A DNA stretch of 64,000 bases from contig MU054391.1 of assembly GCA_013239625.1 (NCBI GenBank), forward strand, positions 8,031,095 to 8,095,094. The letters are read 5' to 3'. Source of the stretch: Lama guanicoe (taxonomy: Eukaryota). How positions within the stretch are numbered: position 1 is the stretch's first letter; every line of letters starts with the position of its first letter. Below the pieces are notes generated by a model that did no database searches, had not been told where the DNA came from, and saw nothing but the letters and a program-made list of their open reading frames with translations. This document shows positions 10,901 through 24,489 of this stretch, one piece after another. A program made the translations under genes and the position numbers.

Positions 10901-13098
10901 TCATCTTCAATGTGATTTTGATAAGAACATTTCCTGTCCCATCTTTAGCAATATTTTCATTAGCTACAGAGACGTACTTACAAAACTGCAGAGCTAGAAA
11001 GAGGCATGGTGCGATCAGAATTCTGCATAGAATAATTTTTAATGATAACCATTCGGTAGACTCACAACTCTATTTGCATAAATCACAAATCTACAGAACA
11101 GTCTTAGAAATCCTAAAGCTAGCTAATGGAAGAAAATTACATTTTCATTATATTGATATATCAAAACAGTATATCAATATGACAAATACATCAATGGAAT
11201 ATTTGCTTCGGTCATGTTTCTGGGAAGTATTTAATGACCTGGAAATGCGCCTTTGACAGAATAATAAATGATAAAATGTAGAATACAAAACTGAATACAG
11301 ATGTGTGTGTATCCTATACTTATTATGACACCAATTTGCTAATTCTGATAAGCAAATCATTCGTAGCACTATAAAACAGAAAGATTAAATTTAAGCACGG
11401 TTATTTTGTGACTATGAGTTGCTTATGAGTGGCCATAATTTGTAATTTTACATTATGCTGTATTTTCTAAACGTTATTGTTAGCTTTAATAGTGTAGAGC
11501 CAATCCTTTTATCTTTGGGGAAGGTGGCCCGTCATGTCGTCTACAGATACAGCTAATTTTCATCCTGTTCTAGTGGATGTGTGTTTGGTGTTTCAGGTCT
11601 GCTGTGCTGGCTAGAAATGGAGCAGCCATTTAAATCCACTTCCTGATTTACAATAAAGTGCCTGGAGTAGCCCGCTATTCAGGACGGAGCTCAGGTTCGT
11701 TTTAAGGTATGGATTCCACAAAATGTTGATTCGAATTTCTGATGTCCTTTTTGCTACTTTCCATTTCTAATAAACATTGTAATTTGGTGTTGCATTTCTG
11801 CCAGATCCTACAAAACATTAAAAATTAGTTTTTGTCTTTTGTGAATGATAGAGGCATAACACCGAAACAGAAAATTCTGTTAATTAAAAGATAAAAAAAT
11901 ATATAGAAGAAACTAGGGAGACTAGAACTCATAACCTCAGCAGAGATCACCAGTTGTGAAACTTTTTCCCCTAAGTACAATCACTGTGCATGTGTAGTCG
12001 TCTTACAAACTAATTTTTTACTAAACGTTTGTAAATGACTTTTTATGTTAATAAATATTGACATATATTGATTTTTAATGAGTATTTCCTTGTTTGGTTG
12101 TACCATGTAAATTAGCAAATTTCATAAAGCAGAATGTTAAGAGTCCGTGATTCCAGATAGAGGATGAGGAGGGTGAAGTGCCCTCCCCTCCCCGGAGATG
12201 GGTGTGACTTCCTGGCCAGGTTCCACAGGCACAGTGCAGACCATGAGGGGGCACTCAGCCTCTCTGTTTCCTTCCTGACAGTCTCTCTTTGGCCTTTGGG
12301 CCCTAGTTCAGGCATTGACAACCTTGATATTTTTGGACCTGAGGTCAGTGCTTGACCTGTGCCCATGGGTGGTGGGCATGGGTGTCAATGCACATTTTTC
12401 TGGGGGTTTTTCATGGATTATGAATTTTCAGAGAGACTTACAAATATATAGACATTAAGTATTGTTAAAGAAAAAATTTTTTTTTGTCTGGGATCCAGCG
12501 GATCCCAGCCTAATGCTCTAGATTCTAATTTAATGAATATTTCCCTGGGAAATTTAGAAAGAGTGATTCAGGAATTGTTATCCAGCCATCATTTTAACAA
12601 AGAAATGTCAATTTTGGAAGGATTTGTCATTTTTGAAATAAAAAAGGCTAGCCAATTTATATATGCTTTTTAAATGTGCATTTGCTTTTCAATTTGTATT
12701 ATGTCCTTTGTTGTCTTATAACTGTGGTAAGGATAAAAATAGTCATTGATGGTGATGATGTGGATGAGTAAAGATGACAATACTAGGAGTTACAGACAAC
12801 AAAAAAGATTCAGTGACACTGGCTCAGTATAGTTATTCGTGTTATTTTCTCCTCCTGCATGAAGAAAGGAAAACTCAATTCTTCCTGTTTTTTTACACCC
12901 AGAGCATTCAGTCCTAGATGCAAGCCTTCACGTTTTTCTGTGAATTTCTCTAGGACAGCCATAGACTATTTCACTTGCCTGCAGGTACTCACGGGGACCC
13001 ACCTGGTGTCTCAACTGCACACACGCTGTATTCCTAGGTTATACCACGGCGGCAGCAGCAGCAAGTATTTATCAAGAGCCAGATATGTTGGCTCTTCC

Positions 13099-13161
13099 TA
13101 GAACGTTCTATTCCCGTCTTAGAACGTTCTATTCCCTTCCTAGAATGTTCTATTCCCGTCT
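13099..13161. repeat. 21-bp tandem repeat x3 (TAGAAYGTTCTATTCCCKTCY)
   Basis: Units at 13099-13119, 13120-13140 and 13141-13161 read directly. Confidence 0.95.
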
Positions 13162-16100
13162 GCAGAAGTGACTATACAAGATTAGAGAAAAAGTCTTAGA
13201 TATACTCCAATCAGTGAAAGGCTTTGTCTTGGTGCTTTCATTAGTACATTGAGTCCACTGGATGCTAGGAATAGGATGGAAGAGAAACGAGCTGAGAAAT
13301 GAAATATTGAGAGTTTACACTGCAGGTCATCACGTTGCATCACATTAAAACCGTACACTGACCCTATATGTGAGGGGTATTGTAACCACTTTCGTAGAGG
13401 TCCAAAGACATGAACCATGCCTTTATTTGGACAGTTCTGTACAATGGAGAGTAGACTTCAACCCAAGTTTCTCAGACTCCCAAGCCATATTTTGTTCCAC
13501 TGCCTTTCATGATCTCTGGAAATTGTTAGAGGCAATGATAGATAGCCTCAGGGGTTGCATTCATTATAGTCATCAACGGCAGTTTTTCAAACTCAGTGAT
13601 CGTGTGGTTGCAGTGTGAGGGGCAGAGCGATTCCAGCCAAATGCGGTTTGTACCAGGGTCAAGGTTATTCATAGCTTCATCGATGAAGGGTATGAACTTA
13701 ATTCTACCCAACTCAACGTGACTCAATTCAATTCAAGCGAAGATTACCTTTCTTTGGAGCACCCATCACATAGTCAGTCATCTGTCTCTGTGCTGGGACA
13801 GAAAAGGTATCTTTCAGAATCTCATAGTCCAGCGAACGATACAATTATCAACTGTGGAACAATTAACAGACAATTTCATGTTAACCTGTGAACTGATAAT
13901 AGTAGGAAAAAATCACACTATGAGTCAGATAGTTCAGGTATGGGGTGCAAGTGTCCATGCGTCCTCTCTATGTAACTGTGGGGCATATTCTCATGCACAC
14001 GATGAGAATAAAAAATTTCTTTAAGAGATTTCTTTTTGAGCATCAAAAGAAATGCTACCTTAGAAGTCCATTTTGATTCTGTGTAAGCCATGGAGCTTGG
14101 GCTCTTTTGGAAGATTAAAATAAATGTGCTGGTCTCATTCCTCTTCAGATAAATTAATTTCATCAATATATTTAGTTAGGGGCTGAGGCACCTCAGAGAA
14201 TGAAAACAACCAGGACCATGATTCTCGAGGTTCAAAGGCAGACAGTGAGTGAGCACGTGGGGTGGTATTGGGTCTGTGTAATTCATCAATCCTCAGAAAG
14301 GAGAACTGGTACCTGGTGAAGCGTAGATGATTAAATAAATACATGTTGATCCAGGTATCTTGGCAATGTGAACTGAAAGAATCACGCGACGTGGAGGCAG
14401 TCTTGGTCTGGGCCCCGCTGACCGAGGGTCTCATGGAAAGAAGGAACATGATCAACTTGAGAAGCCACGAGGACCGGGATTATTTAGGGCTAGTGGACAG
14501 CATATGTCAGCGGAAGGAGGCGACTCGTAATGCCAGTGGCAGAGGTGGTAGGGAGAGAAACCCCAGGACTGGAAAGTCTGGGGAGACATGCTTTTATGTA
14601 TTTAACTTAATTATTATTATTTTTTCCATCAGGCGTCAGACTCCTTCAGCAGAGACAGCGCTAGATGCGTGGCTCCACCACTGCTGAGCCAGTCAGCGGG
14701 AGGCTTTGTTCTGAGCACTGTCTGGGTGCACACCCTCTAGTCCAGAGCATCAAACAAGCAGGTGACATCCTTGTCCTGGCCACACGCTGATCTTTCTGAA
14801 ACCCGCAAAACGGAGGGGGTAAGGGATTCTGTGACAAGACAGGAAATTTTGCTAGAAAATCGGTCACATCATTGAAAAATCACCATTTTTAATATTAAGA
14901 TGCAAAGGACTTTATTCATACTCAGAGGCTACTGAAATCTGAAATATGCTGGAGACTTGGCAAAAATGACCTGGCACTGAATTGACTGTTGTTATTTTGA
15001 ACCCAGACGGAATACGTTCCTCGCGGGGCTTTCCTCAGGCAGCAAAAACAATGTTGGACAGTGGTAATCTTTTCTTTGTCATAGGAGAGCGCAGTGGACA
15101 CCAGAGTTTCCTCACAATTTATTAGTTGTTTACAGAAAACACTGCAGCAAGACATTAGCGGCCCTGTATGTTTATATCCGAAAGCCACACGGCACAGGTG
15201 GAGGGTCGCCCTGGCGTGGCTCCCGAGAGCCTTGGCAGTCCATTTAAAGCCCGTAACATAGGGCGGCGTGGACTCTGACCCCTGGGAAACCCCACACAGA
15301 GGGTGGTCGAAACTCAGAAGTGTTCCTCCCAGGTGTGGACCATGAAGTCTTCACATCAGAGCTGCAGGAAGTGGGGAATGACTCATTTTATTGTCTGTTT
15401 ACCTTCTGTAGACACTAGGCTCTGAGTTTAGCACTTCCCATGTCAGAAATGTGCCTGGACTCTGTCTGCGCCTTTAACCCAGCGGTCACCCAACTCTTAC
15501 GAACAGATAAAGAGGAACCACGGATGCTGACGGGCTGTGCTCGGCCGATAGGCCACCCCTCTCTCTGCCTCTCTCCCTCTCTCTCCAACCCCCTCACCTT
15601 CTCTCTCTTTCTTTCCTTTTATCCGACTCCATTTTCTGTGCACGTATCCCTGTTTGGTACCTAACTCCTAACTCCTGATTCTTATTTTCCCTTTGAGGGT
15701 CTCTTCCACCCTCATATGCTTTTGTTCTTTGGTCTTCTCAGTCGGATACTAAGATTTTCCCAAATCACCTGTCTTCTCTCCCTTCCTTGCTCTTTCATCT
15801 CAAAAAGAGTCCAAGAGAACAATTTGTCCAAAGGCTGATTCTAGGATCCAAGCTCTGACTGGGCTGACAGCGCAGACAGCCTTCCCCACATGCCATGGGG
15901 ATGGCCTCAGGGGATCTAGTGCGACGCTGAAGGGTCCCCGGGCGCTGGAGTTCATTCCCTATTCCAGGGTTGTTGGAGGGGGGTAGTTTTATTTCTTCTT
16001 AACGCAAATGAGTTCTTTGTAGAAGGATTGGGGCCTCAGCAGTCAGAACATCCCGCTGTCCGCTCCCCATGCCTCCCCCGGGGAATCCATGCAGGCAAAC

Positions 16101-17402
16101 GCGAGAACAGGCGGGTGGTGTTCGCATCCACTTCTGCACACCAGGGTTGGCTGCGTGGACGCCATCGGTGCCCTCGTTCTCTGCAGGAGGCTGAGCCCAG
16201 AGGGGCGCAGGAAGCAGTTGCTGGCCACCAGCTGTGGACTGTTTTGTGCCTGTTACTATGACCTTCTTAAGCCTTCCTGCTCTGGCCATGGGGATGTTAC
16301 AGAATGAGAAAGTGCTGATTGGCCTTCTGGAGTCGTTACAGGCTGTTCAATGTTTTAAGTGGAAATAGACCTAATTATAAACGTACCCTCAAAAACAGTA
16401 TCAGTTACTGTCTGTTTAACTTTAAAAATACATATTTTTTCCACACCTGCTGAGTGCCGAGCTGAGGGCTAAATGGTGCCTTTATGGGTTTTACATTCTC
16501 ATGAAAGGACGAGAAAGAGAATGTTAAGTGCTTTGAAGAATGACCTAGGACAATCTGGTGGGATTCCTAAGAAGGGGCACGCTTTACTGGAGGAGACTAG
16601 AGTAGATCGCTCTCAAAACAGGACAATGAAGTCAAAACTTGAAGGCAACGAGCCAGCTCAAATTCTGCTAAGCCAGGCTACTCTTCCTTCCAGTGGGATA
16701 CTGGCTCCCAAGAATACCGTCATGGCGGAGGGGCCCGGTCGCATTTGGTAACTAAATCGCAAAGTTCCAGCTCTAAATTGAGGACTGTCAGATAGAGCTT
16801 TCTTGCCTATCTCATAGGAGGGTTGTGAAATTGGAATATTATGATGCTAATCAAAACTATTTGCATATTTAATGAGTTATACCAGTGTAACTTATCACAG
16901 AGGATGGGAAGAATATAGTTAAGTATTGAGCATGTGCAAAGGATCTCTCTCTATTAGGGGCTTTATACACGTTTACATTCATGTACTGTAATCCTCTGAC
17001 CAACAATATAGTATTGGTAGTACCTCCACGTTGAAGATAAGCCAACTGTTCACACAGGGAAGAGCTGGAAAACTTGGAGATTTGACTCAGAGCTCTGTGT
17101 TAACTCCCGTAGTCCCCATCCTCATTTCCACTAATTCACAGACTGTCTCAACTCTACTGGCAGCAAGTGGATTCTAGAGCATGTTCGGAAAAACGAGGAA
17201 ATGGTCAATGAGGGTGGATTTCACTCTGTTAAAGTGGATCAGCCCAGCACAAGGAGGATGACTGAGCAACGGGCAGGCAAAGAGGCACCTTAGGAGTGTG
17301 AAATAGAAGACATGTGACAGAGGGGTGCCATGTCACAGACAGCACCAGGACTTCAGCTTCAAGCTACAAGAATAAAATAACTCTGCTTCATGCTGCTAGA
17401 AT

Positions 17403-17445
17403 GCTCTCTCTCTCCCCCTTTCTCCTCTCTCTCTCTCTCTCCCTT
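17403..17445. repeat. (CT)n-rich tract
   Basis: ctctctctctcccccttctcctctctctctctctctccc. Confidence 0.8.
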
Positions 17446-19524
17446 TCATTTTCTCTTCTACTGGAATTCACCATTTCCAGGGCTGTTTCGCATCCTTTAG
17501 GGGATGTACATTTCTGAACGATTTGCTTAATGAGACACTCGGTAGCTTTCCTGCAGCCAGCGCTTCCTTTTGCCCAGACAGTGCACCAGGTGCGAAGGGA
17601 GGCCCAGCTCCGTGCTCCAGGCTTGGTCTTTGCTTTTAGCCCCTGAGAAGGACAGGAGTGTCCTGCCTGGGACACTTGCAGAACATCGGCTGCAGATTGC
17701 ATGTCTCTGGACCGGTCAGCACGGACGAGGGAGAGCAGCTCCTCTGCGAAGGCTGAGGCAGGCGCCCAGCGCGATCTTCTGTAAATGATGGTCCCCGGAA
17801 GAACTTCTGCTGACAGTTTAGATTTTTCTCTCCACTCTTTATATTTTTAAACTGGAAGTTTTACAAAGACGCCCAGACTGTGTGAAGGTGATTAGATACC
17901 ATTGACCACAGACACTTACGGGCACCACACAGAGTAGGGTAGCACTCGGCCTTCAGCATCTCCTTCTCACACCGGTAAGAACTCCCCGAGGCTGGGGTGC
18001 CAGTTCTCTCTCTGTTTGTGGTTCTCACTGTGTCTTTTCTATCAAGATGGTTTCTCCACTCTTGCTGCATGAGGTCTGCTCTGCAGTGGAACTCAAGCCT
18101 CTGATTTCAGGGATCTCACTGGTCTCAGCTTGGCTTCAGTGCTCTCCCACAGCGTGGTCACGAAGTCCCGAGTGCAGGGGTGGATGTCTAAGCTTTGCCC
18201 TGCATGTTGCTTCCTGAGTCTGTGTTAAAGCAGCAGCTCTCTCTCTGTCGAAACTGAAGTCTGCATTTTCTCTGCAGGATCAGCCGTTCTGTGCCTTGGA
18301 GCAGTAGGAGGGACATTTTAAACCTCTCTTTGGAGGGAAGCATCACTTTATGATTAGAATCTGAGCATACGGACCCCAGGATACTTCCTCTGTAACACCA
18401 TTAAATATCAACCGAGTGGTGGCAGCTCAGGAGTCGTTTGGGTGTATTATTGTTTATCTCTTCATGCCTGGTGTCATCTGGGCTACATTAGCAGCAGTTG
18501 GAACATCCCCAAATAATGCCTCCATCCCTTGGGTCCCTGGCCACCTTTAAGTCAGATGTCATTGCATCATCTTAGGTATTATGTGGTACAGATGCAAACC
18601 AGGCAGCTGTGAGCTGGAAAACTCCAGGTGATGGGCATGGGTTCTGTCTGGGTGCAGGAGTTACACATGGAAAAGAATGAGGGCAGGATCTCTTGGGCCA
18701 CAACCTTGCTCATGCACATCAGAGCCAGGGATGCTGAGGGGACAGGCGGGCCCTGGGAAGCCTGGGCTGCAAAAGGCACTTCATCCTGATGTCTTGTAGC
18801 CGACAGACCAACTTAGGAGAGGAAAGGACCGTTCCCCCTGTCCTCTGCCCACCCTGGCAAAGGCCATGGAATCAGCCCCAGCCCCCTGAGCTCACCTGGC
18901 ATCCTCTTTGTGGCTGAGCATGTTCCTCAGTAACCCCAAACTTACTTTTTCCCTCTGCGTGCAAAACCCAGCTGCCATCACCTGGAAGTACGATGACCCC
19001 TCACAGGGGACGTGGGGCTTCGCTTTACAACGTGCTCTTGACTTTGTCTCTTCACCGCAGACGGAGCTTTGGTTCATCTGCTGTGCCAACACACATCTCT
19101 GAACTCTCGAAAGATCCTGGCATGTGGAAGAGAGACTGGACTGATTCTCCCATCACTGAACTCATCAAGTCTAAAATAATAAGTCTCGTTAATGTGAACA
19201 TCCTCCTTCCAGACCCGGCACACTCGCATGGCACCAGGAAAAGCAAACATCTGAAAGGTTTGTAACGGCTTTATCCTTTGAATCCCTAGCCACAGGGAGG
19301 AAATGGAAAATAAATATATCATGCTTATTACTTCAGAGTGTGCTTAGCTTGTCTGGAACTGCCTTTGATTTGATTGCTAGCTGCACTTCCGTATCACTCT
19401 GAGTCAGCAAGCTCATTTCCAAAGGTTTATATAGGTATCCACTCTACGTTGTCTCCAGTTCCGGAATTCAGCCTTTCCTTCTTCTTCCTTCATCTTGTTT
19501 AGACAGCTTATATTATATGAGCCA

Positions 19525-19725
19525 GTGGGAAACACATCAATTTTGGAATCATGAGACCTTACTTCAAATCTCGCTTCCCCAAGTTATCATAGGGAGACCA
19601 GATTATTTATCCTTTCTTAGCCTGTTTCCTCTACTAAGCAATAGAGATAAACACTCTATATTACGTACTGTGATGATTATCAAATGATATAAAATATTAA
19701 AGAGCCAACGGCAAGTGCATGATAG
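19525..19725 (+). mobile_element. MIR SINE
   Basis: ttttggaatcatgagacctt..ttcaaatctc...cctgtttcctctactaagcaatagagataa. Confidence 0.6.
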
Positions 19726-21431
19726 GAAATTTTTCTTAGTTCAGTTTTCCTTTCCTCCAAGGCACCTCCTGGTGGAGATACCATATAAAGATGCATCTCC
19801 ATTTTTCTTTGAAATGCCTGTGCATTTGCCATTTTTTAAAATACAGCCTTTCAGTATTCCTGTTTATTCCTTAAACCTTTATTCACTCTACGATTGTAGC
19901 AACCAGCCTCCCAGCTTTCAGGCACTTCCCATCCCATCCTTTGCAGACTTCTCAGCTGCCACCAGGCCAGCCTTCCTAAACACATCACAGACATCATCTT
20001 CTCCGAATTGATTACGGCCCGATTGCCCACATAGGCAAGTTTGAAGGTTGTCATTCATTTAATCTTTTATACATTGATTCCATAAACAAATGTGCATTGA
20101 TGTCTGGGATCTACACACCCCTTGGAAGGTATTATGGAAACGTGAATAAACAAGGACCATCCTGAGGCCACAAGTCTAGGGAGAAAACAGACAAGCAAGC
20201 AATCTGAGTAACATGGTTGATAAATATTCTTCCAGAAGGCAGAAGTCTCTTCTTAACTGTAAATCCTCAATTTTATAAGTTTGATTTTACTTGACTTGAC
20301 TTTGGTCGTTTTTGCCTCCATAGTGAGATTTCTGAATGATTGTAAGACGGTCACTCTGAGTTGATGACAAACACTGATGAGTTGGAGCATTTAGCACACT
20401 ATGCAAGGACTGCATTTCTTGGAACAAGGTGAATGCCTGCGGGCAGGTGCTTTGCCATTTTTATCTCCGAATCCCCAGCACAGGACACGGTCTACTTTTC
20501 CCAGTAAATGGATGAGAGGTGAAGGGAAGGAGGACTGGCTTCAGAGACAGACTTTGAATTAACTTTAGCTTTGTCATCTGCTGGAGCCAATGGGGAGACT
20601 TCACTCCCCTGGGACTCAAGTTCTCTCGAGTGTAAGTGCAGCTGATAAAAGCTGCCATCAAGGATTGCTGTACTAAGTAAAATAATGCAAATTAGGTGCA
20701 CAAGTCGATTATCCCATGGCCTACGCAGCATTCAAACACAGTTCTCTGAGAGCAGTGCAAAAAATCAGCAGGCAGGTAAGTATAATTTGTCATTTAAATC
20801 ATACATACGTCTTTGCTCTCTTGCACAAAGACTGGCTTAATTAAACATCCATGAATGCTGACCTCGCCTACTGCTTGAGCTTCTTACTGAGCTTTTAGTC
20901 CTTCCTGTAGAATACTGAGCACAGCTCTTCCTCAGCCCAGGTACCTAGATCTTCTGTACGTGTGTTCTAATTTTACAGCAATGCTAAATTTGCCCCAGGC
21001 ATTCCCCAAAGTTGGAATTCTCAAGAACTTTAAATTCCTTTCTTCTTAGATAAGAAGAAATAACATTTCCCACACTGTGACATTATGCTATGCCTTTTCT
21101 GATTTTTGAACATTTCTTAAGTCACAGGGCATTATGTATTTCTGGGAGGTGGCTGAGAAGATGGGAGACCGGATCTTCAGGCCACTGGTTCTGTTTCTTG
21201 TTGGCGATGTAATTCAACCTTTCTACACCATCTGCGATGGTAGCAAGGCACTTGGAAATTCTTTTCTGAATGGCTTTCTCACAATTAAAAGCATATGTAT
21301 GAAGAACCAGGAAACATATTTTCCATACTTATATTTTTCTTTATGGTTCTTTCCCCAAAGATTCAAATATTAAAGCCATAAATTCTCAAGTAGAGACAGG
21401 GGGAGGTCTGTGGTTGGAAGCAAATAGACTT

Positions 21432-21441
21432 GTCACGTGAC
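21432..21441. promoter_or_regulatory. Palindromic GTCACGTGAC (CLEAR/MiT-TFE/USF-type E-box)
   Basis: Exact 10-bp palindrome; a second CACGTGAC at 21710-21717. Confidence 0.4.
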
Positions 21442-22559
21442 GAGAATCCGGGCTCGTCTGATGCCTGGACCATCACACTGTGCGGCCTTGTCTGTTTGAT
21501 ACGCAGTTGAGGGAGAAGTTAGGCAACGCCAAAAGCGATGAGATAACATTTGGGAACTCTATCAGTCCCAGCGTCAATTCTGGTCGGCTTAGCGAACATA
21601 CTTTTTTTTTCTTTTAGGTATTCACTCAGCTCACAAGCACTAAGGTCCTTCTCTGCGGCAGGTACTGAGGAGTAGCGAGCACTATAATAATAATTCAATG
21701 AAGAAAAAACACGTGACTTCACTAAAGCCTGATGAGAGTCTGCGAGAAGGTGTCTCATTCTTTCACTCATTCTATCTGCAATCACAACGCTGTGTTTAAA
21801 GCTGAATTAGAGGCTAGAAGGGGATGTAAAACAGAAGAGGCCCCCATAGAAAGCACAGCTTCCTAAGGGAGCTGAAGTGTAAACATACGGGCTAATTCAT
21901 TGCAGAAAGAAATAAAGGTGGTAGGAGACTTGCAGGGGAGAAGGCGTATGAAGCTGGAGAAGAGAGAGACCACGCCCTTCAGTCTGAGGACGTGGCAGCC
22001 CCCCCCCCTCCTCCCCCGCCCCGCTCATTGTTGAGCCCACCCACAAAGCAGAAGTCTTGTCTCTCCGCTAGGGACAGCTGGGGACTGCGAGCGTGTTGTG
22101 ACCCTTGTCTTAGGAGCATGGTGACCTCTGACCCTTCCCCCAGATCTGTTATACCAGGGGTCTGTTTGGTACCAGTCCACACTGGGATTAGAGTCTGGTC
22201 CTAAACCTGGTCCACTTGACTAGAGCCAAGAACCTCTGGTCAATCCATCCGCATGCCCACCTGCTCCCAGAGAGCCTGACCTGGGCACGCTGACGCCGTC
22301 TCTCTGGAGCTCACAGCTCTCCCTTCTTCAAGGAAGTGCTCTTCTTTCCCAAAATCATGTGATTCTGGGTAATGAACCATGTTCCTCTATGACCAAAGGC
22401 ATTGACCCAGAAGTGGGCTTGCCACCACCTTAGGCCACATGCAGTTTCTGTCTAGCTTTTTTCAACTTGGTAGGACTGAGGAAGAAGAGAAGGGGACTTG
22501 AACCAGAATCAAGGGAAAGGGACACTCAGTAGACACACTCCGGTCACCTGAAGGAAGCC

Positions 22560-23200
22560 TGTTCGAGTGCAGTGGGAGAGAATAACCACGTGGAAAGGGT
22601 GTGGGCTCCAGCCCCTCCTTTATCAGCAGACCTGGGACCAGCAGGCACTTCTGTCTTTCCCCAAGGAGAGTGCTCTGCCCGTTGCCTTTCAGCAGCTGGA
22701 CTGTGCTTTTACTAGTGCTTTCAGGACAACAGCGTTTGTTGACTTTTCTCCCACAGGAAAGCCTTTTGTTTTCCAGAGGACCAGATATGGAAGAGGCCTA
22801 CCCAGTGAGGGAGCTTTTCCAGGACCTCAGCAATCTCTTCTGGGGGAGTCCAATGAGGTCCATGGGGAAGAGTCTGTGGGGGTGGGTTGTGAAAACCTTC
22901 TGCATCTGTGGATTCCGGGGACCCCACATTCTGTCACCAGGCTACAGACAGTCTCCACCAATTTGTGACTTACTCTAGCTGAGTTCTCACTGGTGCCCAG
23001 TTGCATCTTGCCCAGGTAGCAAATATTCATATTTTGTCTTTCACTGAAGGCCAGACTTTTTATTTGGAGATTTCAGGCTGATTGGTGGTCCTGTTACCTC
23101 AGACAGTTTCAAGTCTTAGATTTACAGTTTGTCAGCCTTTTATTCTTGCTAGGTTAGTAACAACACTCCCCAGGTCTGTACATTCCAAAACCAGAAGTCT
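22560..23200 (-). mobile_element. Old L1M 5'-end/5' UTR fragment
   Basis: ...cagccttttattcttgctaggttag...ctgtacattccaaaaccagaagtc resembles the reverse complement of the GACTTC(C/T)GG 5' terminus of L1MD/L1ME-type elements. Confidence 0.55.
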
Positions 23201-23379
23201 CAATAATGTCTTAAAAAGATGTCTAGTTAATTGAAACGTATTTTATTAAGAAAAACAGTATCGGAATATTTTCTAACCCCCCCTTTATCCATTATGATCT
23301 GACTGTTGCTTCTCTCTCTAAAACTCATCTCTCACATTTTCTATAAAGGTGTCTGACAAGCCACTCTTATCTCTCTACA

Positions 23380-24450
23380 TATTGTTCTACTGATTGTACT
23401 TTTCAGATCCAGAATTTCTATTTGGTTCCTATTTTATAATTTCTATGCCTTTATTCATATTATTTATTTGGTGAGGCATTATTCTCCTTTTCCCCTTTAG
23501 TTATTATTTTTTAAGAATTTTCTTTAGCTTTTTGAGCATATTTAAGAAAGTTGATTTAAAGTCTTTGTCTAGTAAATTCGACATGTGTGCTTCCTCAGAG
23601 ACCAGTTCTGTTAATTCCACCCTCCATCCCACACCATGAATAAGCCAATACTTTTCTTCTTCCTTCACATGCCTCATATTTTTGTTGAAAACTAGACAAG
23701 TGGAACATTATACTGTAGTAACTATGGAAATCTAATTCTCCCACCTCTCCCCAGGGTTTGTTTTTCTCCTTTGTTATAAGTTGTTGCTGTCTGTTTGCTT
23801 AGTAACTTTTCAAGACTATTTTTATAATGACTGTGTTCTTTGTTGTGTGTGGTCGTTGAAGTTTCTGTTCTGTTAGTGTAGTGGTCAAGCAGGGATTTGA
23901 CAGGGATTTCCTTCAATGCCTGGATGATCTTCCACTACCCTCCCCCTCACTCCAACAAAAAAGAAGAACAGGAAAGAAAGAAAAACACTTCCTGGTCTTT
24001 GTAGATTGACTTTGAGTTTGGGGATTTCTTTTACTCTTAGCCAGTCTGCCTTAGTGTTCACTGCCTGCTTGCAGAGATGGGACATCAGCCAGATGTGAAA
24101 GCTTAAGGTCTTCTCAGGTCTCAGTGTTTGTCTAGTCTTGGGTAAGCACATGGTCTCCTGGATTCTCCAGTATATGTGGAAGTTTTTCAAAGCTTTTCTT
24201 CCCCATGTATTTCCTTCCCCATCTTTTTTGTTTCTAGGATTTTGGTCTGTCTTCTGTTTTCCCTAGGAGTTACCTTTGGCCCAGGAGATTGCAGCTAATA
24301 TACGCCTTTACATGCTTTTAGCAAACACAACTCAGGAGGCTGCTCCCACCCTGAGAAAGTTCTAACAGGTGCAAAATGAAGCCAAACTCTTGAATCTATC
24401 CCCCAGGCGAAGTCCAGTTGAGAAAGGCAGTGCAACCACAGTCAGACAAA
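23380..24450 (-). mobile_element. Old L1M 5' UTR/ORF1-region fragment
   Basis: ttgtacttttcagatccagaatttctatttggttc...gttgatttaaagtctttgtctagtaa...tgtgcttcctcagagac is typical of L1MC/MD. Confidence 0.7.
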
Positions 24451-24489
24451 CCATGACACGGCTTTCGTTCTGTTCTTCAGTGCCCTGAT

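Noticed and set aside
13099..13161. CRISPR-like short palindromic repeats
   Set aside because: The units are head-to-tail with no unique spacers, and the context is mammalian; it is a simple tandem repeat.
21998..22025. C-rich run (potential G-quadruplex on the minus strand)
   Set aside because: A common low-complexity feature with no supporting context.
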